A stretch of 63,985 nt of DNA, filler included, from Conidiobolus incongruus B7586 (GCA_000697335.1; 10 parts of 10 records of this genome joined end to end with filler, not necessarily neighbours in it), one strand, 5' to 3'. Counted from the first letter of the whole stretch, positions 1 to 13,150 are shown. Program-made: numbers and translations. Notes: a model not told the origin generated them from the letters alone.

Positions 1-468
1 ATTAATAGTAAACTATATATTGCTTTTTTAAATAAAAGTATTTCTAATTAGTGTTCTCAATATAATTTGAGAAAACCTATTATTTTGCATGATAATTGCA
101 AAACACATAAATCTAAAGCTGTAAAAAACTTTCTAATTAAAAATAACTGGAAAGAACTACCACATCAGTATATTCCTTTGATTATAACCTATGTGATTAT
201 AATTGCTTTAGGCAATTAAAAAACCAGCTTGCAAGAAAGAAAATTTCTGCAGGAAAATTTAATTGGTTTGTGAAACATCAAATTTCAGTCTTTAATAAAA
301 AGAACTGTTTTTTAAGTGTTAGAAGTTTGCTAAAAGTATAGCAAAAAGTTATTAATAATAAAAGAAACTATTAAATTTATATTATATATTTATTTTTATA
401 TATCATATATTCAAATGTTTATTTATTTTTAATTGCAAAAAATTCCCATTATTAAAAATGCAGAGTAA
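1..468 (+). mobile_element. 3' part of mariner (DD34D) element, family A, inactivated
   Basis: Translates to ILHDNCKTHKSKAV...YNLCDYNCFRQLKNQ with a frameshift and stops; ends in the family right terminus ...cccattattaaaaatgcagagtaa followed by TA. Confidence 0.92.
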
Positions 469-2953
469 TATTAATTAAAGTAATATTTATATTATTTAAA
501 TTTAATATTATTTTATGTAATATATTCTATATAATAAATATTTTTATTAAAATATTATTATTTTTAATTATAAATTATTAAAATTAAATTTCAAAATTGA
601 ATTTGTTAATTTGAAATAATTATAAAAATCATTATTAATCTTGAATTCATTTATTTTTCAAATTTTAATTGATTTTTTTAATGTAAATATATTAGTAATG
701 TGATGAAATTGTCAAAGTAATAATATATTTCTGTTAAAAAAACTGCATGCAAAAATTATATTTAACAATATTTTGAAAAATTGCCAAGTAAATTAAATGT
801 AATATCAATAGAATTAAGTTTATATACTGATTAAAATCTTAAGTAATAACCATATTATGCGACAAATCAGATATTTTCTTCAGAATGTATTTTTTATTTC
901 TAATATCAATAGTAACGTTCATGCAATTTCGAATCCATATAATCATAATACGTTTCATATAGTTCACGAAAGTAGATCAAAATTCGATAATTTTATCAAA
1001 TGCAAAAAGAATAAATTTAACAATATTATTGATTGAAAATGGCTTTAATTTATAAATTATGAAGATTTATTGATATAGAAGTATTATTTGAAGATGATAA
1101 ATATAATTGGAAAATTCTATTAAAATTTTAAATATATTGAATTTTTAAACACTAATTGATTTTAATGAATTGAGAATAAAGATATTTTTAAATTTTATTC
1201 ATTAAATTGAAATTAGAATTTTTGCAAAATAATTGAATATATGAATGAAGAGTTTAAAATGCAATTATTTGATTTTAATGATATACTCATATGTTTACAA
1301 TTATTAAAATGGCAACAATTCCTCAAACTATATTCATATCAATTTGACTTTATTGACATTTAATATCCTAGCATTTAATGGAAAAAGCGTACTTTATTTC
1401 TGCAATGCATAAGAAAGTATGAAGATGATTATTGTAATTAAATGTGATTTCATATACTCGAAAATATTTTCAATTTGATTTCAAATGAAATTATTTGATC
1501 AAATTTGTTAATTTCATTATTATTTTTAATTTCTGATATAAATGGCTTAAAAATTGGTTTAATATAGCAATTATTCCTTTTAAAATTACTTAATAATTAA
1601 TTTGAAAAAAACTGGTTATATCCATTTAAACTATCTAAACTATCGCTTTGAATTATTTGGTTAATAAACAAATAAATTGTTATTCCTACTTTAAATTAAA
1701 TTTTGATTATTTTGGTTATTAAATCATTCAACCAACACCAATCATTCGACCAGCTTAATCAGCAATTAATAATTCAATTCAATTGGTGATCCAAAAATTT
1801 TGAACTACATTGCCTAATGGCAATTAGACAACATCTTTAATGGAATACTTTATATCAACAAATACAATTTTAATGGTTAATGTAGTACTTAATTATTTAA
1901 AAATATTGCCAATTTCCAAAATTTCATCCAATCAAATTGTATACACTGAAATATGGTTTAACTTCAGATATACTATTAATTTCATAAACAGTTTATATTA
2001 ATTTCTTTGCTGAATCTTTTTACTCTAATCATATTATGTTTAAATTTAACTAAATGATGAATATAAAAATATTATCACTATTGTTCAGACTTGAATAACT
2101 ATATATAACGATCATTATTCACAATGATTGGGAAAATTTGAACTAATAGATTAGAAGCATAATTCTAAGTTTAATACCATTCAATTTTTTTCAATTGTTT
2201 TTATAAGCATATTTGTACATTGATAAATATGTAAAATAGACTTAATGAAGAAACTAATATTGTTATCAAAAAACGTGACCAATTTAATCAATATGATGGC
2301 TGAATCGAACACAATTAACAGCGGCGTCAATTGCATAATAAATAGGAGAGGTGGATTTAGATTTGATACATTTCGGTCAGTTACAAACGTTCACTAATTT
2401 CCAATTTCAATACAAATGTGGAGACTTCCAGAATGTTATCGGAATAGAGACAACTTGGCATATTTCATTATAAATTTCAATATTATACTATAATATTAAA
2501 AATAATAATTATAGAGTTAGAGAGAGGTTCGGATGATTATTTACAATTAAATCATCACACTAAAGGAATATTCACACTATACAATATATGAAAAAATTTC
2601 CGATTTATCAACTATAATAATCCATAATATCAACAATGCAATTGTGTAGTGGGATGAGTTAATTGAGTTAATCTTAAAAATTGATCGATTGAGGGTCAAT
2701 TGGGGTTTAGTCAATCTTATTGGTTAATGTCTCAAATTTAAATTCATCGATACTTGAGTATAAATACACCGCCTTGAGTTCATTACAGATATTTCCTCAT
2801 CTCGAGTTTGGGATTAGCGTCGTTAATTAATTATTTTCTTATTATATTATACACCTGATATTTTTATATTGTGTTCTTAATATTTGGGATAGGATTGGGT
2901 AACATCATATTATAATTATTTCTGGTTTATTTTAATCAACAATCAATATCAAA

Positions 2954-3649
2954 ATGAAGGTATCAACAGCTATAAATGTTGCATTGCTGATGCTGTTAAA
3001 TTGGAATGGCGTCAATGCCCAAAATGATAACAATAATAATAATAATAATAATAATAGACCAACTCGTATACCAGAAATCAACAACCCTCAACCTACTAGA
3101 CCACCGGCAATGCCAGTCACAGGGAATATCCCTCCACCCCCACCTCCTCCATCAGATTCACAGCAACGCCCATCATCACCTACTCAGGACAATCGTCCCT
3201 CCTCGCCACAAAACCAGGATAATCCAAGGCCAACACCTGAGCCATCCAGACAGGATTCATCACCCCCAAGGAACCAACAGAGGCCAAGACCCACACAATC
3301 TAACCCAGCACCCCAAAACCAACCCCAAAATGCAGCATCATCCCAAAACCAGAATCAACCGAACACCCAATCACAAGATCAAAGTCAAAATGACGATGCT
3401 CCACAAGATTTCTTTAGTGCGCCCATGGCACCGCCACCTCCCAAGTCCACGGAAGGAGACACCAATAAGACCGCAATCATTTCAGCGAGTGTAGCAGGCT
3501 CTCTACTCGTAGTAAGTTTAGCAGCTTTTCTCATCTACAGGCGTCACAAGCGCCAAGCCATGTGGAAAGACGAGGAAGCTGTAAAAAATGGTGGAGGTGA
3601 TATTTTCAAGAGCACTTTGGAGAGGTATCACAAGAATTCAGGACTCTAA
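2954..3649 (+). CDS. Single-pass type I membrane protein with signal peptide and Pro/Gln/Asn/Ser-rich ectodomain (mucin/cell-surface-sensor-like architecture)
   Basis: Intronless 231-aa ORF in a GC-richer island. Signal peptide MKVSTAINVALLMLLNWNGVNA|Q, low-complexity ectodomain, TM helix AIISASVAGSLLVVSLAAFLIY, stop-transfer RRHKR, short cytoplasmic tail. Confidence 0.88.
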   Translation: MKVSTAINVALLMLLNWNGVNAQNDNNNNNNNNNRPTRIPEINNPQPTRPPAMPVTGNIPPPPPPPSDSQQRPSSPTQDNRPSSPQNQDNPRPTPEPSRQDSSPPRNQQRPRPTQSNPAPQNQPQNAASSQNQNQPNTQSQDQSQNDDAPQDFFSAPMAPPPPKSTEGDTNKTAIISASVAGSLLVVSLAAFLIYRRHKRQAMWKDEEAVKNGGGDIFKSTLERYHKNSGL

Positions 3650-5090
3650 GCAACCATCACTACTACTAATATTCATATCACTACTTATATGGTTCGCATT
3701 ATTAACTCTCATCAAACTGTGGCATTTGGACAATATCTTCAACTAAAGGGGGGGGGGTCCATTACCACGATTTTTCTGAGTTTAACAAGACAAAATTTGA
3801 CAGTCTCCAACCCTCAAAGAACCCCATATATCTCCACTCAATTTAAGTGAGCTAAAATTTAACTACTAACTAAAGTTTTTATTTTCATGTTAATTAATTT
3901 TTTATCAAATTTTTATTAATAAATCCATAAATAATTTTAATTAATAATAATAATAAAATTGATTATAATTTTTGAGAATTTATAAAACAATGAATATATA
4001 TATATATATTAATTTATATAGGATAAAAATCTTAATTTTTTTGTTTTAAAAGATATTTTTTAAATTTAAACAATTTAATTTTTTTATTAATAATAATAAT
4101 AATAATATAAATATATATTTTGTTTTAATTTTTTTTTGAAATTAATTATTTTATTAATTTAAATTTATTATATATTAGTTATTATTTATAATTTTTAAAG
4201 TTAAAAAAAGTTAATTTTTTGAAAAAGTTAAGAAAAAGAAAAATATTAAATAAAATATTTTTATTTTTATTTTTTAACTTTTTTTTTAATTATTTTCATT
4301 AATTTATATGACTTAATATTTTAATTTAATTAAATTAAAAAATAATTTGAAAATTATAATAATATAAATAAATATTAATTGTTTTTAATATTTAATTTCA
4401 TTTAAATTAATATTGATATAATATTATTTTAACTGGATTAGTTTAATAATATTATTCATATATTAGTTTATATTTCTTAAGAATAATATAGGTAATTTTA
4501 AATTAATATTGGTTAGAATGGTAATTAAATTTTTAAAAATTTTTTGATTTTTAATTATTTTAATATCTTTAATAAAATTAAAAAAAATATTGCGAATTGA
4601 GAATTATCTGATATTTAGTTAATACTTTATATATTCTTTATTTATTATATATATAGATTTTAATTTTGATGTCAAATTTAAAATATATTTTTATAAAAAT
4701 ATTAGAAATATAATTAATATAAAATTATCCAACTTAAATATTAATTTAAATAATAATATTGCTTAATATATTGGTGTATATAAAAAATATATAATAAATA
4801 AAAAATAAAAACCTTGTTATCATGATATATTAAGATAATGGAATTAAAATTAAATATATGAGTTGAAGATATATATAGTTGAATTAACTAAATATAAATA
4901 TTAATTAAAATTTTTTAATATTAAAATCTTAATTTAAAATAATATAAGTTATCTATAAAAAAGCATATTAATTATCTAGATAATTTTATTAATTATTAAT
5001 ATTAAAATATTAAAATAATTAGTGTTTATTATATTAATGATCTTTAATTGTTGTTAAATTTTAAATAAATTAATTTTACTAATTTTATTT

Positions 5091-5531
5091 ATGATGAAGA
5101 ATAATCTTGTCCATCACTCAAGAAACTCTGACTATTGCATTAATGCAAGAAGTCACATTGGAAGTACTTCATTTTATAAACTAGTCTAACTTAGTGCTTT
5201 CCACCTGAAGTTATTCATAGCCACCCAAACTCAACAATTGAACCTATTATAAGATCATCACAAGCCAATCAATAAACCTATCTTTCTATCTTCATTTTCA
5301 AAAGTATCCAGTCTCTAAGTTTTTCTCGTAACACTCACAAAACGTATTGAGTTGTGACGAGCGTGAGATATTTACTTTATTCGAAGACCTTGATTTGCAG
5401 TAAGCTATTTTCACCCAATTTGGTGAACCCTCTTAATTTCCCTTAACCTTGTGGTAATCTATCATTTAACCACTGGCGATTCCCCGTTTAAGCTCTAAAA
5501 GACTACTTCCTCCCACGTTTACGGTCGTCAT
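5091..5531. ncRNA. Candidate structured non-coding RNA, family unidentified
   Basis: GC- and CpG-retaining island with no long ORF, several hairpins and long-range complementarity (see findings). No known family motif recognised. Confidence 0.4.
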
Positions 5532-5975
5532 TTATATAAATATAATATTCAATATTTTACTCCTTAATAAAATTTATATTAATTATGTTTTTAATAAGAG
5601 AAAATTAAAAATTTATTAATTTTTGATTGTTAAAGTATATAATCAAATATAAAATTAAATATATATTAAAAATATTTAAAAAAATTTAATAATTCCAATA
5701 TATATATTAATAACTATTTTATATTAAAAATTTTTATTTAAAAATTTAATATTAAAATTAATTATATTAATATTAAATAATGATTTAAAATTCTTTTATA
5801 TAAAAATTATTATTAAATCTTAATTATAAACTTTTTATAATAGTTTAAAATATGGATATAATTTATAAAATTATTATATTATTTAAAAATATTATTTATC
5901 ACTAGATTTCTTATTTTGATATTAAAAATAATATTAATTAAAATTGACTATAATTTATTAAATAATTTTCTAATT

Positions 5976-6075
5976 NNNNNNNNNNNNNNNNNNNNNNNNN
6001 NNNNNNNNNNNNNNNNNNNTTAATTAATTAANNNNNNNNNNNNNNNNNNNNNNNNNNNNNNNNNNNNNNNNNNNN
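5976..6075. other. Assembly gap with artificial six-frame-stop linker TTAATTAATTAA; others at about 10607, 28145, 32315, 47591, 51423, 60351, 61598 and 62834
   Basis: The same ~100-bp N/TTAATTAATTAA/N block occurs nine times, mostly inside or beside repeats. Confidence 0.97.
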
Positions 6076-7269
6076 TATATATATATATATATAATAATTT
6101 TTTTGAGTAAAAATTAACTTTTTAAAATTAGTTGTTTAATTTAATTATACTTAAACTAAATAATAATCATCCAAAGTTTATTATTTGAGTATTAATTAAA
6201 CTTAACCATAAACCCTCTAACATTATTTAAAATTTACAAGCATCTTTTGGTAATAAAATATTATCTAAATTAATAATTTATTGTTAGGTAAATCACTTTA
6301 AAGCTAGCAAAAAAATTATCTAAAACTTGTTAAAATTTAGAAAACTAATTTTTACTGCTATTTTTTCAAATATTAATAGAGTGAAAAATTATATTGAAAA
6401 ACACCATTTTATTTTAACTAAAGAATTATCTAAATATTTTAATATTACTTTTATAAGTATTTTATACATATTAAAGTTTAAAGTCAAATTAATAAATAAA
6501 AATATAAAATAGGTATCTTATAATTTAACTAAAGCTTACAAATGTTAAGTAGTTATTGTTAAACAAAACTTATTAAAATATTACTAGAAGCCTAAACTTT
6601 TACAATAAATAATTACAATTGATGAATCTTAGATTATTATATATAATCCTTTATTAAAACACAAATCAAGATGTTAGATTAAGCTAAATTAACCTTTTTT
6701 ACAAATCCCTTAAAATAAATATTTTATTAATAAGCAAATGTTAATTATTATAATAAGTTATAATAGTATATGCTATTTCTATTTAGTTTCTAAAGGAAAA
6801 TCAATTAATAGTAAATTTTATATTGATTTTTTAAATAAAAGTATTTTTAATTAGGGTTTTCAGTATATTTTGAGTAGATCTCTTATTTTGCATAATAATT
6901 GCAAAATATATCAATCTAAAGTTATAAAAAGCTTTTTAATTAAAAATAACTGGAAAAACTACTATATCTAATATACTCTTTAGATTATAACCTATATAAT
7001 TATAATTGCTTTAGGTAATTAAAAAACTAGCTTACAAGAAAGAAAATTTTAACAAAAAAATTTAATTGGTTTGTAAAATATTAAATTTCATCTTTTAATA
7101 AAAAAACTGTTTTTTAAATATTTGATCTTTGTTAAAAGTATAGCAAGGATTATTAATAATAAATGAAACTTTTAAATATATATTATATATTTATTTTTAT
7201 ATATTTTATATTAAAATATTTATTTATTTTGAATTATAAATAATTCCCATTATTAAAAATATAGAGTAA
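6076..7269 (+). mobile_element. Mariner family A copy, heavily mutated, 5' end lost in gap
   Basis: Colinear with the copy at 11832-13150 (ITIDES*, ILHNNCK, YNLYNYNCF); right terminus ...aaaaatatagagtaa|TA. Confidence 0.92.
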
Positions 7270-7282
7270 TATTTTAAAAATA

Positions 7283-8855
7283 TACTAACCTATAAAAGTA
7301 AGTTATAAAATCAAAAACACCTATTTTTTTTACTAATAACTTGATTAATATTTAATGAAATAAACCTAAATTAAATAATTAAAATCTATTATATTTATTA
7401 ATTATATATATTATTAAATGATGTTATTTAGCTATTAATTGGTTAAAATATAAACCTTTAAATTTTACTTAAGGTGAGTTATAAATTTGTAGGTTTTTAA
7501 TAATAAAAAAAATTAACACTTAGTATATCTACCTTTAGCTTTTCTAACTTCTTTAAGTTTATAGGGTATAGAATTAATTAATATTTTATACTCAAAAAGG
7601 TTAATTTTGTTTTATATTTCTTAAATATATTCCTAAAGTTGATTTAAATCTTTTGTAAAAGGGAAAACTTTAATAGCTTTTTTTAACTAATCCTAAAGGT
7701 ATTTAATTAGATTAAAGTTAAAAGATTAAAAAAACTACTTTATAACTATTATCTTGTTATTTTTAAGCTATTTAGAAATAGAAGCTGTAGTATAGCAAAA
7801 AACATTATCTTACTGGAAAATAACATTAAATTTGTTTAACCTATACTATTCAATGGTTTTTTTCAATTTATAATTCAAAATACTTTAATATATCTTAGTA
7901 TTAATTCCCTTATTAACTTTATAAATATACCCTACACTTAAAAATAATATATATCCCTAAATAATAATTAACTTACCATTATACTTTTGGGTAAAATTAA
8001 CATAATAGTCACAAAGTAATTTTGTATCTTTTTTGAAACATCTAGCTTTTTTATTAGATTTACTAAGATATATTTTTGTTTTATTAAATTAAATAACCTT
8101 ACTTTAATTAATTTTGGTTTAATATTAGTGATGATATTTAAATTCCCATCTAGCTTTACAATAGGATTTCTTTAGTTAAGGGTGTTTTTTCTTGAGATGT
8201 AAGTAGTATCTATGTTAATATAAAGTACATATAATAGTATTAGTGCTAACTAATATTTTTATATAATTTCACAGTTCCTATTATATTTCTATAATAATAT
8301 TATACTTGCTTGTATTAATTAACCTATAAATATACTTCTTATTATATTCATTTATAATCTTAATATATTTAAGTTTAAGTTTAAATATTTCTTTATTACT
8401 AATTTTAATAACCTTAGCTATAATAGATTAACTAACACTAGTAATTCTAGTAATATCATAAGTTGATTTATCTTCTTTATAAAGTTAATTAATATACAAG
8501 TAAATTTTTTTAAAGAGGGATTTAGGTATAATAATACTAATAAAAAAAATTTTGTATATCTGTAAAATATTATATAAAATAATAACAAAGAGAAAAAAAA
8601 GATATAGTTACATATTGTTAAATATATCCCCTTATCTCAAAAACCTATAAATTTATAACTCACCTTAGTTAAATATTAATAGTTAATATTTTTGCTAATA
8701 ATTTACTAAATATATTTAAATAAATTAATTTATTATTAAATAATATATTTTAATAATAAATTATAGTTTCAAGTAATTTAATATATATAATTGTTTTAGT
8801 TATTAATTAAAATATATATATTTTTGATTTTATAACTCACTTTTATAGGTAAATA
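7283..8855 (-). mobile_element. Full-length (~1.57 kb) Tc1-like (DD34E-type) transposon relic
   Basis: Terminal inverted repeats TA|tactaacctataaaagtaagttataaaatcaaaaa ... tttttgattttataactcacttttataggt. The minus strand gives NVIFQ*DNV and other remnants of the Tc1 FQQDNAPCH/WPPQSPDLNPIE motifs. Confidence 0.88.
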
Positions 8856-8857
8856 TA

Positions 8858-10287
8858 TAAGTAAATATAATATTACTATAAAAGTATAATTAAAATTAAA
8901 AGATTATAAAGGAATATTAGTTAGTATTAATACTATTATATATAATTTATATTAGAGTAGATATTACTTATATTTTAATAAAAAATACCTTTAATTAAAA
9001 AAGTCCCATTATAAAAGTCAAAAAAAATTCAAAATTCATCATTAAAATTAAAATTAAAACTAACTAAAATAAGATTATTTTTTTAATAAAATAAATAAAT
9101 ATTTTATTAGATTTAATAAAAAAGCTAAATATTTTAAAAATATAAAAAATTACTTTATTATTATTATCATATTATAACATAAAAATACAATGATAAGTTA
9201 ATTATAAATTAATAATATATATTATTTTTAGATATAAAATATCTTTATAAAGTTCATAAAAGAATTAATATTGAGATATATTAAAATATTTTAAATAATC
9301 AATGGAAAAAAATTATTAAATGATATAAATTAAATATATTAAATATTATTTTCCAACAAAATAATATCCTTTGCTATATTATAAATTTCATTATTAAATG
9401 GCTTAAAATAACAAATTAATTATTATAAAATAACCTTTTTAATCTCTTATTTTAATCTAATTAATTATCTTTAGGATTAATTAAAATAATTAATTAAAGT
9501 TTTCCTTTTAATAAAGAATTTAAATCAATTTTAAAAGTATAAATAAGAAGCTTAAAATAATATTAGTTTTGATTAATATAAAAAGCTAGTTGACTTTATA
9601 TCTTATAAACTTAAAAAGGTTAAAAAAGCAAAATATAGATATTGTTAAGAGACTAGTCCTCTAAATTCTTATATATACTTTCATATAATCCAATTAACTA
9701 TAAATTATATAATTAATTTATACTTATATAGCTAAATTAATTATATAAATAGCATTGAATTATCTAATAAACTAGGTTCTTTTTTTTCCTCTCAATTCTT
9801 ACTATTTTTTACTTTTACACTATTTCTAAGATTGAGACTATATTCTGTCAATATTATAGGATATTGGCACTACCTAATATAAATCTTAATATATCAGTGA
9901 CTCATCCTAGTTCAAAGCTTAATTAAACTTTGTTTATACTTGCACACTATAGCCATATTATATTACCATGTTCTGCATACACTACTTTTATATTAAGTCT
10001 TCCTCTATACTATATTGGTTTAACTACCACTATACTTACAGATATATTAAATATTAGTTTTTTTATCAATATTAAAACCCACAAATTTATAACTTATTTT
10101 AGGTATATTTTTAGTTTTGATATATCAATTAATATTTATTTAAATCCAGCTTTATTTATTATATTATAGATTTCAAATATATATTAATTGAATAGTTTAA
10201 TATAAGTTTATTTATATTATAATTAATTAAGTTATTAATAGAAATATTCATTTATTTAATTTTATGACTTATTTTTGTAATCTAGTA
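8858..10287 (+). mobile_element. 5'-truncated Tc1-like copy interrupted by a solo LTR
   Basis: Colinear with 49087-50655; IFQQNN at ~9348; ends in TIR tttatgacttatttttgtaatctagta|TA. Confidence 0.85.
9643..10040 (+). mobile_element. Solo LTR (398 bp) of an LTR retrotransposon
   Basis: Starts TGTTAAG, ends CTTACA, flanked by 5-bp target-site duplication GATAT (9638-9642 and 10041-10045). Interrupts colinear Tc1 sequence; a second copy lies at 63103-63501. Confidence 0.9.
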
Positions 10288-11831
10288 TATAAGATGTTAA
10301 AATAAGTTATAAAATAAAATTAATTAAATTTATTAAATTAATAATTAATATATAAAATTACAATATTAATTAAAATATATAATAAGTCTATTTTAATTAA
10401 AAAAAATAATATTTAAGATATATTTATTTTTTTTCTAATTTTTTTAAATTTATAAGGTATAAGAATTATTGATTTATAATATTAAGCAAAATTAATATTA
10501 TTTTAGCTTTTTAAATATTTTTTTTAAAATAATTTGAATTTTTATCATAAAAATTAATTAATACTTTAATTAAACCAGAAATTATTCAATTAAATCAAGA
10601 TTATTANNNNNNNNNNNNNNNNNNNNNNNNNNNNNNNNNNNNNNNNNNNNTTAATTAATTAANNNNNNNNNNNNNNNNNNNNNNNNNNNNNNNNNNNNNN
10701 NNNNNNAATTAAATAATAATAATTAATTTAAACATTATATTATAAGATTAATTCTCTTTGAATATTAATGAAGATTAAGAAATTAAGGTTATTATTTAAT
10801 ATTTGATAATAATAAATTCTCAAATATAATATTATAAATTCAAATAATCAGATTTAGAATAAAAATCAATTTAAAAAACTTAACTGAATTAAGTTCTCTT
10901 ATATTTAATTTTAATCAAGGTATTATTAACTAAATTACAGATATATATAATATTATCTATATATTTTTATAAAACAAAACTTAAAGTTTCTATATTATCA
11001 TATTAATTCAAATTAATTTTAATTAATAAATTATTTAAATTTAATTAAAATATTAAGAAATCGGGTATTTAATTATTTTAAAAAATTCAGAGCTATTTAA
11101 ATAAAAAATAATAATTACTAACATATAAATGTCAATTTATAAATCAAAAATTTTGTCAAGTATTAAAATTACTTGAAAATTTGAAAAAAAATCAAATTTA
11201 TAAAATAAATAATAATAATATTTTATCAGGTTAATAATTATTAAAATGAATTCAATTAATTATTATAATATATTTCAAATATATAAAAATATTTATAATA
11301 TATTAATAAAGGTATTCTTGGTTAAAAATTATTAATTTAAATAATATAAATAATAAAAGCTTTTAAAATTTATTTATTATAAATATTAATCTTTCTGTCA
11401 TATCTGTCATATTTATTAGATATAAATCATAGTGATTAATATTATTTTGATATATTAAAAAAATATAATCAATTTTTTTCTTTAAATAATTTTTTGTATT
11501 TTTTGAAATTAAAGATATAATATATAAATCAAACTATAAGAATTTATATAAAGGGATTAATTGGTTTTTATTAATATTGAAATATATTATTAAAAAAGGA
11601 TATTATTAATTATCTAAGTTATATTATTTATATTCTATATATTATATATCTAAAATAGAAATTAAAAATTTATAAAATTATTTTTTGAATTAATGTATAT
11701 TATTATTAAATATCTAATAACTAAAATTATTTGTTTGATTTTGAATTAATAAGTATTATTTATAGAATTTGTAATAGTTTATTATCCAATGAATTAATTT
11801 CTAAATTAGAAAAAAATTATAAATAATAATA

Positions 11832-13150
11832 TTACTCTGTATTTTTAATAATGGGAATTTTTTGCAATTAAAAATAAATAAACATTTGAATATATGATAT
11901 ATAAAAATAAATATATAATATAAATTTAATAGTTTCCTTTATTATTAATAACTTTTTGCTATACTTTTGGTAAACTTCTAACACCTAAAAAACAGTTCTT
12001 TTTATTAAAGACTGAAATTTGATGTTTTACAAACCAATTAAATTTTCTTGCAGAAATTTTCTTTCCTGCAAGCTGGTTTTTTAATTGCCTAAAGCAATTA
12101 TAATCACATGGGTTATAATCAGGGGAATATACTAGATGTTGTAGTTCTTTCCAGTTATTTTTAATTAGAAAGTTTTTTACAGCTTTAAATTTATGTATTT
12201 TGTAATTATCATGCAAAATAATAGGTCTTCTCAAATTATATTAAGAACACCAATTAGAAATACTTTTATTTAAAAAAGCAATATATAGTTTACTATTAAT
12301 TGATTTTCCTTCAGGAACTAAATAAGAATAGCATATACTATTATAATCTATTGCAATAATTAACATTTGCTTATTAACAAAATGCTTATTTAAAGGGATT
12401 TATAGAGGGGGTTGATTTGGCTTAATCCAGCATTTTGATTTGTGTTTTAGTAAAGGATTATACATAAGGATCCAAGATTCATCAATTGTAATTATTTGCT
12501 GTAAAAGTTTAGGCTTCTAGTAATATTTTAATAGGTTTTGTTTAACAATAGCCACTCTAGCTTTTTTTAAGCTTTAGTTAAATTATAAGGTACCTATTTT
12601 GCATTTTTATTTATTAATTTTAGTTTAAACTTTAAAATATATCAAATACTTATAAGACTAATATTAGAGTGCTTAGATAATTCTCTAGCTGAAATAAAAG
12701 GGTGTTTTTCAATATATTTTTTCACTCTATTTACAATTGAAAGAGTAATAGTTGAAGTTGGTTTTCTAGATTTTAGCAGGTTTTAAATAGTTTCTCTTCT
12801 AGCTTTAAAGTAATTTACCCAGCAATAAATTGTTGATTTAGATAATGCTTCATTACCAAAAGCTGCTTGTAAATTTTGAATAATTTTAGAGGGTTTATGG
12901 TTAAGTTTTACTGATACCAAAATAAAAGACTTTTGATGATCACTATTTGGTTTAAGCATGATTAAATTAAACAACCAATTTTAAAAAGTTAATTTTTTAA
13001 TTAAAAAAACTAATATATATATAAATATATATATATATTAAAAATATATAATTTCCTATTAACTTTGTATATATTTATTCATTTCAAACTAATAATATGT
13101 TTGAAAAATTAGAAATTAAAAAATTTCCCATTATTTTAAATTCAAGGTAA
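11832..13150 (-). mobile_element. Full-length (~1.32 kb) mariner DD34D element, family A; transposase pseudogene (ATG at 12959 to stop near 11926)
   Basis: TA on both flanks, imperfect TIRs. Translation gives HTH region (EALSKSTIYCWVNYFK), K*VPYNL (WVPHEL-like), TIDESW, ILHDN and YSPDYNPCD, with 34 residues between the 2nd and 3rd Asp. Several in-frame stops. Confidence 0.95.

Noticed and set aside
3006..3494. Alternative-frame 162-aa ORF with poly-Ile
   Set aside because: Off-frame reading of the (AAT)n tract and Pro/Gln codons of the 2954-3649 gene.
5160..5520. RNase P-like (AGACTACT), U3 box B-like (GAGCGTGA) and group I-like (AGACT/TAGTC) words in the island
   Set aside because: Partner motifs are missing or in the wrong order, so no family assignment is made.
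5976..6075. Recurrent palindrome TTAATTAATTAA between N-runs
   Set aside because: Identical in all nine gaps; an artificial six-frame-stop scaffold linker, not biology.
9930..10169. 79-aa hydrophobic ORF
   Set aside because: Straddles the solo-LTR/Tc1 junction; spurious.
10707..11820. Possible decayed gene or TE fragments here and at ~13300-14200, ~15550-15800 and ~28500-28950
   Set aside because: No reading frame or diagnostic motif could be recovered by eye.
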